Shown here: positions 1 to 9,704 of the stretch, one piece after another
Numbering within the stretch: the first letter of the stretch is position 1
Layout of the letters: every line of letters begins with the position of its first letter
Assembly: GCA_963707025.1 (NCBI GenBank)
Contig: CAVPOM010000017.1
Coordinates: 164,082 to 228,081, forward strand
Origin: an uncultured Verrucomicrobiae bacterium
GTDB lineage: Bacteria > Verrucomicrobiota > Verrucomicrobiia > Limisphaerales > Palsa-1400
DNA: 64,000 nucleotides
Reading direction: 5' to 3'
Notes under the pieces: generated by a model
Databases searched by the model: none
The model's input: the letters and a program-made list of their open reading frames with translations, nothing else
What the model was told of the DNA's origin: nothing
Position numbers and translations under genes: made by a program

Positions 1-441
1 GATGAACTTAAAAACTACCTCGTGCCGCCCAAGGGGCCAACCATCACCGGCTTGGCCGCGCAGATGGTTCTCGCCCGCTTTTTCATCCTGCAATATTGCT
101 GCGGCGCCGTCGGCCTGGCGCATCTGGCGCTGGAATGGCTCTACTGCGGCAAGCCGCCCCGGCGACGGGACCTGTCCCTTCTGGCGCTCCTGATCGGGCT
201 GTCCCTGGCCGGCGGCTTATGGATGCAGCCCAAACTCAAGGATTTGCAGCACCAGATGTATTACGGCGCCACCCAGCAGGCGCAAGACCAGGCCAGGCTC
301 GCCTTTAAGGCTTGGCATGGGGCCGCCGAATGTGGCAATCTGGTGACGATTGGCGGGCTGCTGATTTATCTCTGGCGTGTCAGCCGCCCGGCCGGTCAGG
401 CCCGCTTTGGAAACCTGAACCTGGACAAAATGCGCAGTTGA
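1..441 (+). CDS. DUF4149/TMEM205-like membrane protein, 5' end outside the window
   Basis: Frame is open from base 1. Hydrophobic helices plus a 'WMQPKLKDL...FKAWHG' pattern typical of DUF4149. Confidence 0.6.
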   Translation, partial: DELKNYLVPPKGPTITGLAAQMVLARFFILQYCCGAVGLAHLALEWLYCGKPPRRRDLSLLALLIGLSLAGGLWMQPKLKDLQHQMYYGATQQAQDQARLAFKAWHGAAECGNLVTIGGLLIYLWRVSRPAGQARFGNLNLDKMRS

Positions 442-589
442 CATATTGCCGTTGAAATTGAATAAATACAGTGTAACGTGAAGATGTGGTCAATTAACGG
501 CAATGAGCACCGTTAACTGACATGTGAGCGCGTCGCTTGCGGGCGCAGAAGAGACACAGACAGACAGTGACAATGAAACATAAACAGAT

Positions 590-886
590 ATGATTTCAAA
601 CGAACGCCCATCTCCTCAGGGATACCGGTCCTACAGCGCCGGTCCTCCCCGTCCCCCGGTCAACGAGGACACCTTAAAAACGGAAAAGATCCAGATCGAG
701 CGCAAGACCTTCATCTTTACGCTGAAGGAAAATCCGCGCGGCCGGTTCCTGCGCATCACCGAAAACGTCAATGGCCGCCGCAACAACGTCATCATCCCCT
801 CCACAGGCTTGGACGAGTTCAGCAAAGTCCTGAATGAGATGGTGAGAGCCGCGGCGGAAATTCCCGTCAAGGATCAGCAGCCGTAG
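590..886 (+). CDS. PUR-domain (PurA/BpuR, DUF3276-like) ssDNA/RNA-binding protein
   Basis: 'KIQIERKTFIFTLKENPRGRFLRITE...RNNVIIPSTGLDEF' matches a PUR repeat. Confidence 0.8.
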   Translation: MISNERPSPQGYRSYSAGPPRPPVNEDTLKTEKIQIERKTFIFTLKENPRGRFLRITENVNGRRNNVIIPSTGLDEFSKVLNEMVRAAAEIPVKDQQP

Positions 887-947
887 TCCGGGCCGCCCGC
901 CGGGGCAAGCCAGCCCGCCGCGGGGCGGGGGCCGCCAGCGGGATTTG

Positions 948-1403
948 TCAAGTAGAAATATGGGGCGGGGAAGCCGGCTTCCCCTTGCTTTTCCCCCTTG
1001 CTTTGCCCCGCGCCGCGGTCCTGGCCCGGGCCTTCCCCTTCGCCGCGCGCTTTTTCGCCCGCCTGGGCTCCAGCTTGCCCGCGTCGCCCCACAGCCCTTC
1101 CAGGTCGTACTTTTCCCGCACATCCGTCCGCATGACATGCACAATCACGTCGAAGTAATCCATCACCTGCCACGGCGCATTGGCCGCCCCGTCCACGGCG
1201 CGCGGCGACAGGCCGTGCTCCTCCCGCAGCCGGTCTGTGATCTCGTTGACGATGGCCCGCAAGTGCGGTTCGGCCGCCCCCGAGGTGATGACGAAAAAAT
1301 CCGTGATGGAAGAAAGATTCCGAACGTCAAGGACGACCGTGTTTTCGGCCTTCTTATTTTCGGCCAGCTCGCGGCACAGCAGCGCCAGTTTCTTGGATTC
1401 CAT
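948..1403 (-). CDS. rsfS: ribosome silencing factor (Iojap) with basic C-terminal tail
   Basis: KKAENTVVLDV, DFFVITSG, WQVMDYFDVIVHVM...YDLEGLWGDA motifs. Confidence 0.92.
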   Translation of the reverse strand: MESKKLALLCRELAENKKAENTVVLDVRNLSSITDFFVITSGAAEPHLRAIVNEITDRLREEHGLSPRAVDGAANAPWQVMDYFDVIVHVMRTDVREKYDLEGLWGDAGKLEPRRAKKRAAKGKARARTAARGKARGKSKGKPASPPHIST

Positions 1404-1432
1404 TTTTCGTCCTTACCCTAACCCCGCCGCGC

Positions 1433-2006
1433 TCAAAGATAAAGCCGATTGTTGGCAATGGCCTCCGCCACCGCGGCCGGCATCAGCCAGGCGACCGGCA
1501 GCCCCGCCTTGACCCGCGCCCGGATCTCGGAGGAGGACACCGCCAGGGCAAACCCGCGCAAGGTCCGTCCGCGAAACGGCGGGGGAACCCCCGCCGGCCC
1601 TTCCCCCGGACGGGGCGCGACCACAAATTGCGCCAGGCGCGCCAGTTCCCCGGCTTGGCGCCAGCGCGGCAACTGCGCCGTCTGGTCCGCGCCGATCAGA
1701 TAAAAAAGCTCCGCGCCGGGGAATTTTTCCGCGTAATGCCGGAGCGTGTCCACGGTGTAGGAGATGCCGCCGCGCCGGATTTCCAGATCGTCAACTTCGG
1801 TCCCCGTTTCCCCGGCCAGCGCCAGCCGCAAGCAGCGCAGGCGTTCCGGCGCGGGCGCGGGGGCCGCTCCCGGTTTGAAGGGCGATTGCGCCGCCGGAAT
1901 AAAACAGAACCTTGTCCAGCCCGAGTTCCTCCCGCGCCGCCCGTGCCACCAGCAGATGCCCCAGATGCACCGGGTCAAACGACCCGCCTAACAAACCAAT
2001 TCTCAT
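1433..2006 (-). CDS. nadD: nicotinate-nucleotide adenylyltransferase; one +1 frameshift in a T-run near 1902 (probable sequencing error)
   Basis: [17 protein letters not shown] in one frame continues as [10 protein letters not shown]...SYTVDTL...LIGAD...VSSSEIR in another; next to rsfS as usual. Confidence 0.88.
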
Positions 2007-2014
2007 ACACGGGT

Positions 2015-3781
2015 TTACAGCCGGGCCACGAGCAGTTCGCGCTGGTAGGCCAGTTCCTTGGGAAGGTCGGAGTGGAGCTTGAAGGAAAGATCGTCGCTGG
2101 CCAGTGATTCCCGACGCCATTCTTCCACATTGATCTCCTGCGCTTTGGCCAGTTTGGCCGCATCGAAATGGTCCATGCCGCGCAGGTCAAAGTCGCGCGG
2201 GCCGGGGACCCACCCCAGCGCGGCCTCGCGGGCGTCGGCCCGGCCGTGGCAACGGTCCACAATCCATTTGAGCACGCGCATGTTCTCCCCAAATCCGGGC
2301 CAGAGGAACTTCCCGTTTTCATCGCGTCGAAACCAGTTGACGTGAAAAATGCGGGGCGGCGCCAAAAGCTGTTTGCGCATCTTCAGCCAGTGGCGGAAAT
2401 AATGGCCCATGTGGTAGCCGCAAAAGGGCAGCATGGCCATGGGATCGCGGCGCACCTGGCCGACCGCCCCGGTGGCGGCGGCGGTGGTTTCGGAACTCAA
2501 GGTGGCGCCAATGAAGACGCCGTGAATCCAGTTGAAGGCCTGATAGACCAGCGGCATGGTGGTGGTGCGGCGGCAGCCGAAGATAATCGCGCTGATGGGC
2601 ACGCCGTTGGGATCATCGGCCTCGGCGGCAAAGGCGGGATTGTTGGTCATGGGCGCGGCAAAACGGCTGTTGGGGTTGGCCGCCGGGGTTTTGCATTCCG
2701 GCGTCCACGGCTGTCCCTTCCAATCGGTTAATCGCGGCGGCGGCACCTTGGTCTTGCCTTCCCACCAGACATCCAAGTCGGGCGTCAAAGCCACGTTGGT
2801 GTAAATCGTGTCGTGGGAAATGGTGGCCATGGCGTTGGGGTTGGTCTGCGCATTGGTGCCGGGGGCGACGCCGAAATAGCCGTTTTCGGGATTGATGGCG
2901 TAGAGGCGGCCGTCCGGGCCGGGTTTCATCCAGGCGATGTCGTCGCCGATGGTTTGAATTTTCCACCCGGCCATATGCGGCGGGGGGACGAGCATGGCGA
3001 AGTTGGTCTTGCCGCAGGCGCTGGGAAAGGCGCCCGCCACGTAGGTTTTTTCCCCGTCGGGCGACTGGGCGCTGAGGATGAGCATGTGCTCGGCCAGCCA
3101 GCCCTCCTTTTGGGCCAGGAACGAGCCGATGCGCAAGGCGAGACATTTCTTGCCCAGCAAGACGTTGCCGCCGTAATTGGAGGCGGTGGAGATGATGGCG
3201 TTGTCGCGCGGAAAATGGGCGATGTAGCGGTGCTTGGGATCCAGGTCCAGCATGCAATGCAGGCCGCGGTTGAAATCTTCCCCCGCCCCCAAATGTTCAT
3301 AAGCCACCTGCCCCATGCGCGTGACGATGCGCATGCTCAACACCACATAAATGGAGTCCGTCAACTCGATGCCGACCTTGCTCAGCGGCGAGCCGGGCGG
3401 TCCCATCAGGTAGGGAACCACGTAGAGCGTGCGGCCGCGCATGGCGCCGCCGCAGAGGGTTTTGAGTTGGCGGTACATCTCCGCCGGCGCCATCCAATTA
3501 TTGGTCGGTCCCGCCTCGTCGGCCGTTTCCGTGCAGATAAAGGTGCGGTCCTCGCTGCGCGAAACGTCGGACGGATCGGACCGGTGGTAATGGCAGCCGG
3601 GCAGCTTTTGCGGGTTGAGCTGGATTAATACCCCTTGCGCCACGGCTTCCTCAGTCAACGCTTTTTTCTCACTGGCCGAGCCGTTGCACCAGAAAATGTG
3701 GTCCGGCTGGCAAAGTTTGGCCGTTTCCTCCACCCATCGCAGGACGCAGGGATTGGCGGTGTTTGGTTTTGATGATTTCAT
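2015..3781 (-). CDS. pckG: phosphoenolpyruvate carboxykinase (GTP)
   Basis: [51 protein letters not shown] motifs. Confidence 0.95.
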   Translation of the reverse strand: MKSSKPNTANPCVLRWVEETAKLCQPDHIFWCNGSASEKKALTEEAVAQGVLIQLNPQKLPGCHYHRSDPSDVSRSEDRTFICTETADEAGPTNNWMAPAEMYRQLKTLCGGAMRGRTLYVVPYLMGPPGSPLSKVGIELTDSIYVVLSMRIVTRMGQVAYEHLGAGEDFNRGLHCMLDLDPKHRYIAHFPRDNAIISTASNYGGNVLLGKKCLALRIGSFLAQKEGWLAEHMLILSAQSPDGEKTYVAGAFPSACGKTNFAMLVPPPHMAGWKIQTIGDDIAWMKPGPDGRLYAINPENGYFGVAPGTNAQTNPNAMATISHDTIYTNVALTPDLDVWWEGKTKVPPPRLTDWKGQPWTPECKTPAANPNSRFAAPMTNNPAFAAEADDPNGVPISAIIFGCRRTTTMPLVYQAFNWIHGVFIGATLSSETTAAATGAVGQVRRDPMAMLPFCGYHMGHYFRHWLKMRKQLLAPPRIFHVNWFRRDENGKFLWPGFGENMRVLKWIVDRCHGRADAREAALGWVPGPRDFDLRGMDHFDAAKLAKAQEINVEEWRRESLASDDLSFKLHSDLPKELAYQRELLVARL

Positions 3782-3803
3782 GAAATGGGAAGGGAAGCGG
3801 GTT

Positions 3804-4514
3804 CTACGCGGTGGAGTTGGTGGGCGGGAACCCGCCTTGGCGGGGCCGCGGCGCGGCCGGCGCGGCGGGCCGGGCCGGGCCGGGCCGGGCGGCGGCCTGC
3901 AAGGCGCGCTGCACCAGCGCCTGCTCCTTTGGGCCCAGCGGCAGGGCCAGCGCGCGGGCTTGTGCGGCGGGCGTCATCTTCTGCCAGGTCTTTTGCACGG
4001 CGTTGATCATCTTGTCCTCCTCCATCCTGCCTGCCAGCGCGGCAAATTGGAACTCCAAAAAAACCAGGCAGAGCGCGTCCTCCAAAACGCGGCTTTCCGG
4101 ATCGCGCGGAAAATTCTTTTTCAGGTTCAGGTCCCGCACTTTTTGGATGAGGTCTTCCCCGCAGCCGGCCTGGCGCAGGATTTTGGCGGCGGTTTGGGCG
4201 TGGAATTCTTTTAATTCATTGCGCCAGCGCAGGTAGCCGGGGCGCGTCATGGGTTGGGATTGCCGGGGAATCATCCAGCGGCAAATATGCTGGCAGCGGG
4301 CGGCCAGGCGCAGCGTTTCCGAGGCGCCCGGGGCCAGTTTGAGCACCCACTCGCTCAGCCGCTCCGCGTAGAGCAATTCGCGCGGGCGCGCCAGGCCTTG
4401 GACCACTTCCACGTTGGGATCGCGCGCGTTTTCCGCGTCGAATTTCTCCAGGGCCAGCGCGAAGGAGGCATTGCCGGAATCCATGGCGCGGTCGGATTTT
4501 GGGTTACCCGTCAC
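3804..4514 (-). CDS. DUF4202 family protein
   Basis: 'DAENARDPN...LAARCQHICRW.IPR...GYLRWR...LEDALCLVFL' pattern. Confidence 0.75.
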   Translation of the reverse strand: MTGNPKSDRAMDSGNASFALALEKFDAENARDPNVEVVQGLARPRELLYAERLSEWVLKLAPGASETLRLAARCQHICRWMIPRQSQPMTRPGYLRWRNELKEFHAQTAAKILRQAGCGEDLIQKVRDLNLKKNFPRDPESRVLEDALCLVFLEFQFAALAGRMEEDKMINAVQKTWQKMTPAAQARALALPLGPKEQALVQRALQAAARPGPARPAAPAAPRPRQGGFPPTNSTA

Positions 4515-5898
4515 GGGGGCCTTCCCCCGCTTTGGCGGCGGGTTGCAGCACGACTTGCAAGCCCTCGCGGGCGGCGTCCACTTGCAATTTTTCGTGCAGG
4601 GCGGCCACGAAGGCGCGGCCCCATCCGGTCATGCGGGTGATTTTTTCGTCGTTGTGGGAGGGATCGTGATGGAACAGGAAAAGGCGCTTGACCTCGGCCT
4701 GCGCGGCCAGCGCGACGGCGTCGTCCACGCACCCGTGGCCCCAGCCGACGCGGCTCTGGTATTCGGTCAGATCGTATTGGGAGTCCAGGATCAGCACTTC
4801 GGCCCCCCGGATAAAGTCGGCCAGCCGCCCGTCCATGCGCTGGGCGTAGTGGAGGAATTCGGCCGAGCCGGCGATTTCCGGCTGGCTGGTATGGAATTTG
4901 TAGCGCTGGAAAGGCTCGTTGTCGGGCAGGTAGGCGATGGCCCCGCTGCTGGTGTTGAGGCGGTAACCGGCGCAGACGCCGGGATGGTTCAGAAACATGG
5001 CTTTGACCTCGACGCGCCCGATGAAAAAGGCCGAGTCCTTCATTTCCTCGATGGTGATGTGCCCGGGCAGTTGCTGAAAGCCGACCGGGAAGTAGGGGCT
5101 TTCCATCTGGCTGGAAAGGGCGGTGTGCAGGCCGGCCTGGGTGCCTTCGTAGCCCAGGATGCGCACCCGGTTGGCGGGATTGTAGGCGGCGTCAAAAAAG
5201 GGCAGTCCCTGAATGTGGTCCCAATGGGTGTGGCTGATGAGCAGGGTCATGGACAGGGGCACCCCCTTGAATTCGGCCGCCAGGCTCAGGCCCAGCCCGC
5301 GGATGCCGGTGCCGGCGTCCAGAATAATCAATTGACCGTCGGCGCGCACTTCCACGCAGGAGGTGTTGCCGCCATAATGGACGGTGGACGGCCCAGGGGT
5401 GGGCAGGGAGCCGCGCACGCCCCAGAAACGGACGGTCGCCGGCCCGGGGGGGATGGCTCCGGGGCCGGGAAGGGCGGACGGGCCGGGGCCTTTTTCGGCG
5501 CGCGGCGGGGGGGAGGCCAGGGTGGTGTTGCCGCCGCCGCGGAAGACTTCCAGGAGGCGGTCCAGGTCCTGCTCTAAAATAGGTTTGACGAGATATTCGT
5601 CGGCCCCGGCCTCGACCGCGCCCTGGCGGTCCACGCGGTAACCGCCGCTGGTGGTCAGGACGAAGCGGGCGCGGGAATGCGGCCCCGGCTGGGCGCGCAG
5701 AAAACGGCAGAGTTGGAAACCGTTGCAGCGGGGGGCCAGTTGATCGCACAGGATCAGGTCGGGTTTGTGGGTCAGGGCCAGGTCGCGCCCGGTTTCGCCA
5801 TCGCCGGCTTCGATCACCGCCAGCCCGGCCTGACGCAGCCAGCGGGCGAGCGATTCACGAACCACCCGATCCTCATCTATTAGCAAGGCGGTCTTCAT
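4504..5898 (-). CDS. response-regulator receiver + MBL-fold metallo-hydrolase (paralog 1)
   Basis: REC domain (IDED, DLILCD, ADEYLVKP) followed by FWGVRGSLPTP, DAGTG, HTHWDH, WGH, FHHDP. Confidence 0.85.
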   Translation of the reverse strand: MKTALLIDEDRVVRESLARWLRQAGLAVIEAGDGETGRDLALTHKPDLILCDQLAPRCNGFQLCRFLRAQPGPHSRARFVLTTSGGYRVDRQGAVEAGADEYLVKPILEQDLDRLLEVFRGGGNTTLASPPPRAEKGPGPSALPGPGAIPPGPATVRFWGVRGSLPTPGPSTVHYGGNTSCVEVRADGQLIILDAGTGIRGLGLSLAAEFKGVPLSMTLLISHTHWDHIQGLPFFDAAYNPANRVRILGYEGTQAGLHTALSSQMESPYFPVGFQQLPGHITIEEMKDSAFFIGRVEVKAMFLNHPGVCAGYRLNTSSGAIAYLPDNEPFQRYKFHTSQPEIAGSAEFLHYAQRMDGRLADFIRGAEVLILDSQYDLTEYQSRVGWGHGCVDDAVALAAQAEVKRLFLFHHDPSHNDEKITRMTGWGRAFVAALHEKLQVDAAREGLQVVLQPAAKAGEGPRDG

Positions 5899-5982
5899 GA
5901 GCGGGGCGCGGGCGCTTCCCAGCCTGCGGCTTTGACGGGGATGGGTTGCGCGCGCCAAGGTTGGACGCTTTGGGCGGATTTA

Positions 5983-7305
5983 TCAAAGGTTTTCGCGGAC
6001 GGGATGGAGGACTAATTCAAAGCCTTCGCGGGCCGCTTCCACCAGGAGGGGGGAATGGCCCCGGGCGGCCATTTGCCGCGCGCGCGCCACCATGCGGGAA
6101 ATCTCCTCGTCGTGGTGGTCCGGATCATGATGAAACAGGAACAGGCGCTTGACGTTGGCCGCGACGGCAAAGGCCACGCTGTCTTCCGCGCAACTGTGGC
6201 CCCAGCCGATGTGTTGCTGGTATTCCCCGGCGTTGTATTGCGAGTCCAGGATGAGCACTTCGGAGTCGCGGATGAATTCGAGGACCTTGAGATCAGGGTC
6301 GCTGGCGCGCTGGCCTTGTCCGGCATCCGGCTCGGCCGCGCGGGCCTCCAGGCTGCCCCGCAGCCGCTGGCAAAGTTCCACGTCGGGCAGGTAGGAGATG
6401 GCGCCCCCCGGAGTGCTGAGCCGGTAGCCGGTGCAGACGCCGGGATGATTGAGGAACTGGGCGCGCACGGGCACGGCGCCCACTTTGAAGTCAAGCCCCT
6501 TGAGTTCCTGGATGCAAACGTGGCCGGGCATTTGTTGCATGCTGATGGGGAAGTAGGGGCTTTCCATCTGGCTGGACAGCGTGCTTTGCAATCCCTGGCG
6601 CGCGCCCTCAAAACCAGCAATGGTGATCTGGTTCCTGGGATCGTAGGCCGGCCTGAAAAAGGGGAATCCCTGGATGTGGTCCCAATGGGTGTGGGTGATG
6701 AGCACGCTCAACTGGATGGGCTGGTCTTTAAACTCGGCCGCCAGCGCCCGGCCCAGCGGCCGGATGCCGCTGCCAGAGTCAAGTATAATTATGTCGCCCC
6801 CCGCCCGCACTTCCACGCACGCCGTGTTCCCTCCGTAATAGGCCGTCTCCGCCCCGGGCGTGGGAATGGAGCCGCGCACGCCCCAGAACTTGAGCCGGGT
6901 GCCGCCCGGCGCCGGCCGGGGCCGCGCGCCGGCGGCGGGCGGCCCGCCCAAACGCCGGGCCAGGATGGCGGAAAACTTTTCAAAATCCAGGGGGCGCGCC
7001 AGGTATTCGTCCGCGCCGGCTTCCAGCGAATGAAAGCGTTCGGGCGCCCGGCCGTTGCCGGTGGCGATAATAACGCACGGATGGGCCGGGTCCTGGCGCT
7101 GGTGGAGATCGCGGCAGAATTGGAAGCCGTCGCCGCGGGGTTTGAGCAGATCACACACGACCAGTTGCGGAGGATGTTGCAGGGAAAGTTCCAGGCCCGT
7201 CGCGCGGTCCCCGGCTTCCAGAACGGTCCAGTCCCGTTCCTTCAACCAAGCCGCCACGGCACGACGAAACTCGCCATCCTCGTCTATGACCAGGCCGGTA
7301 TTCAT
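5983..7305 (-). CDS. response-regulator receiver + MBL-fold metallo-hydrolase (paralog 2)
   Basis: Same architecture and motifs as the downstream gene (VVCD, FWGVRGSIPTP, HTHWDH, FHHDP). Confidence 0.85.
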   Translation of the reverse strand: MNTGLVIDEDGEFRRAVAAWLKERDWTVLEAGDRATGLELSLQHPPQLVVCDLLKPRGDGFQFCRDLHQRQDPAHPCVIIATGNGRAPERFHSLEAGADEYLARPLDFEKFSAILARRLGGPPAAGARPRPAPGGTRLKFWGVRGSIPTPGAETAYYGGNTACVEVRAGGDIIILDSGSGIRPLGRALAAEFKDQPIQLSVLITHTHWDHIQGFPFFRPAYDPRNQITIAGFEGARQGLQSTLSSQMESPYFPISMQQMPGHVCIQELKGLDFKVGAVPVRAQFLNHPGVCTGYRLSTPGGAISYLPDVELCQRLRGSLEARAAEPDAGQGQRASDPDLKVLEFIRDSEVLILDSQYNAGEYQQHIGWGHSCAEDSVAFAVAANVKRLFLFHHDPDHHDEEISRMVARARQMAARGHSPLLVEAAREGFELVLHPVRENL

Positions 7306-7602
7306 GATTGCCTCATCAGACACTATCCCCGTTTTCTTAAAGAAAACAAGCGCCCGATTCATCCGGTAGGACCTGCTTGTTCAAATAACGGGAAGGAATA
7401 GGGAGAGTTGACAGTTCTCATCGCCATGGCAACCCCGCCCGCTGCGACAAAAAGCGACGCTGGTTGATTTGGATGTGTTTTGGAGGCAGGCACTTGGAGA
7501 GAATCTCCACCCCCGCCATCCTCCCGCCTGGACGCGCTTTCTCTCTCCCCCAGCAGTTTCTGCAATTCTCAGGAGGTTGGAAGATAAGAAAGGCTTAAAA
7601 GT

Positions 7603-7640
7603 CACGAACCCCGGGCACGCGCAGGCGTGCCGGGTTCGTG
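7603..7640 (-). terminator. probable intrinsic terminator after the Hsp20 pair
   Basis: Hairpin CACGAACC...GGTTCGTG with short T-runs on both sides. Confidence 0.45.
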
Positions 7641-7672
7641 CTTTTTGCTCCCCACTGGCTTGGCGCCGCGTT

Positions 7673-8068
7673 TTACGCGACGGCAATCTTGCGCGGTTTG
7701 GCCGCCTCCGCTTTGGGCAGCGTCAGGGTCAGGATGCCTTGCTCCATCCGGGCGCTGATCTTCTCCGCCTCAATGACAGGGTCCAGTTCGAAGACGCGGC
7801 GGAAATCAGCGGCGCTGGATTCACGGTAGGACAACCCGGTCTCCGGCAGGGCTGGCGCCGCACGCCGGCCTTGCACGGTCAAAACGGTCCCTTCCACAAG
7901 GACGCTTACGCCGTCTTTGTTGACGCCGGGCAATTCCGCCTCCAGGACGTAACCTTCCTGGGTCTCGTAGATGTTGACCACCGGACGGATGTACTCGCGT
8001 TCGGCTGCGACGGCGGCCGGCTGGGCCGGGGCCGCCTGCTCCGTATTATTGCTGACAATTGTGTTCAT
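7673..8068 (-). CDS. Hsp20/alpha-crystallin small heat shock protein
   Basis: P.VNIYE, LEAELPGV, FRRVFEL, GILTLTLPK, PRKI.V motifs. Confidence 0.9.
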   Translation of the reverse strand: MNTIVSNNTEQAAPAQPAAVAAEREYIRPVVNIYETQEGYVLEAELPGVNKDGVSVLVEGTVLTVQGRRAAPALPETGLSYRESSAADFRRVFELDPVIEAEKISARMEQGILTLTLPKAEAAKPRKIAVA

Positions 8069-8145
8069 AAGTAAATGTTTCCTTTTTGTTGATTGGGCCG
8101 GGACGGGATTTTCCGCCGCCACCGGCGCGATTCATTGAACCGGGA

Positions 8146-8631
8146 TTAATTGAATTCGATTTTGATTTGTTTCGGCTTGGCCTCTTCCGCCTTCGCCAGT
8201 TGAATGGTCAGGACGCCATCGCTATAGGCGGCCTTGATCGTCTTGGTGTCCACCTGGCAAGGCAGGCTGATGCTGCGCTGGAAGCGGCCGAACCATCTCT
8301 CGGAACGGGACACGCCGCCTTGCTTCTCATCGCGGCCGCCCTTGCGTTCGCCGGACAGGGTGAGGACGCCATCTTGCAGCGAGATGTCAATGTCCTCCTT
8401 TTTCATGCCGGGAAGCTCGGCCTTGACCGTGACAGCCTCTTTGTTGTCATGGATATCCACCGCCGGGAGCCATCCGCCGGAGAACTGTGTTTCAAGCCTG
8501 GCGTCCAAAGGCGAGTCGAAGACGCTGTCCAACGATTGGAGCAGTTGGCTCAAGTCGTTTGGCAGAGTGTAACCCCGGCCCCACGGAGCCAGGCCATATC
8601 CTTCAGGTCGTTGCCATCTGGTAAGTGTCAT
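8146..8631 (-). CDS. Hsp20/alpha-crystallin small heat shock protein
   Basis: PAVDI, AELPGM, ERWFGRFQRSISLP, DGVLTI, KPKQIKI; AAAGGA Shine-Dalgarno upstream. Confidence 0.92.
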   Translation of the reverse strand: MTLTRWQRPEGYGLAPWGRGYTLPNDLSQLLQSLDSVFDSPLDARLETQFSGGWLPAVDIHDNKEAVTVKAELPGMKKEDIDISLQDGVLTLSGERKGGRDEKQGGVSRSERWFGRFQRSISLPCQVDTKTIKAAYSDGVLTIQLAKAEEAKPKQIKIEFN

Positions 8632-8703
8632 AAAAATCAATCCTTTCTGTTTCTATCGCTTTCAGTTTCAAACTTAATCATGTTTTCCACTGAGTCCTTA
8701 TAT

Positions 8704-8719
8704 AGCCAATCCCGTGCCA
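8704..8719 (-). promoter_or_regulatory. sigma-54 (-24/-12) promoter for the Hsp20 pair
   Basis: Minus strand reads TGGCACGGGATTGGCT (GG-N10-GC), about 70 nt upstream of the start codon. Confidence 0.65.
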
Positions 8720-8866
8720 AAGAATCGTTTGCCGTGTTGTTATTGTTTAATATGTTAATTATGAGTCACTTGTGAATTATTATCGAATCCTTTCGAAATC
8801 ATAAAGAGTGTCATTATGTCTCTTATACGACATGGAAGTCGCAATTCAAGTGGGCCACTGTGACAC

Positions 8867-9004
8867 TATGGCGGTTTAAGAAATTGTGTAGCTCTAAATG
8901 AGGGTGGTAGGGCGCGCACTCCGTGCGCGCCGCGGCGGGTCCCGATAATTCGGGACCGGGACCCTGCCTTGTAATGCGGCTACAGTATTTGTGAAACCGC
9001 TCTA
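8867..9004. mobile_element. MITE-like element copy 1 containing a GTAG-type REP hairpin
   Basis: Imperfect terminal inverted repeats (GCGGTTTAAGAAAT.../...ATTTGTGAAACCGC) and internal GTAGGGCGCGCACTCCGTGCGCGCC; closely similar copy at 19809-19945. Confidence 0.65.
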
Positions 9005-9015
9005 ACCAGTATCTT

Positions 9016-9457
9016 TCACTTCACCGTCACTGGGAAGCTGGCTTCGGCTTGGATTGGGGGGCCGACGATGATGAGTTTGGCCTGCCAATCCCCGGCGATC
9101 TGCGGTTGCACGGTCACGCGATACTGGCCGGGCGTGGAAGTGCGCAGGGCTTTGAAAATGCTGTGCGTGATGGAGCCAGGACCGGCCAAGCCCAGTTCAA
9201 ATCGGACAGCGCCGACATCCACCAACCTCCCGCCGCCGTCACGGAACTCAATGAAGACGTCATTGCCCGCCGGTCCCAAATGCCCTTCCGAAGTGAACAG
9301 ATTGGCCGTCAGATTGGTAATCGGCGTGGTGGCAAAAGGCTGGCCGGAACATGACATGGACGGGCGGCGGTTTGGAGCGGTTCCACACCAAACAGAGAAC
9401 CACGCCCAGGACAATGACCACCGGCAAAAGATAGAATGCCTTCAGAAAAGTTTTCAC
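9016..9457 (-). CDS. membrane-anchored YtkA/FixH-like Ig-fold protein; frameshift near 9350
   Basis: N-terminal TM (LLPVVIVLGVVLCLVW) in one frame; 'GNDVFIEFRD...PGQYRV...AGDWQAKL' in the next. Confidence 0.5.
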
Positions 9458-9704
9458 TTCACGACTCAGCTTTGGAGTGTGCCGGCAAGTCGGCACCACT
9501 TTCGCCAAGCGGGACCAAGCTTCCCGCACGCCGGACAATGCCACCTTCGGCCCCGGCCCGCAACCCCATCGTCAACCTCTGGTCCCTTCATCACTATCCC
9601 GGCGGCATAAAATCATCCTGGCATCCCGTACACTTGACTGGAGAACGGTCCTGGCCGGCGCGAATAGCCTTGACAACTTCCGCCAATCCCGCCACCATAC
9701 GCCC

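Noticed and set aside
1890..1910. Programmed frameshifting in nadD (and at about 9350, 11090, 24105, 27340, 51500)
   Set aside because: Single-base indels, mostly in short homopolymers, scattered over unrelated genes fit long-read errors; no slippery site plus stimulator seen.
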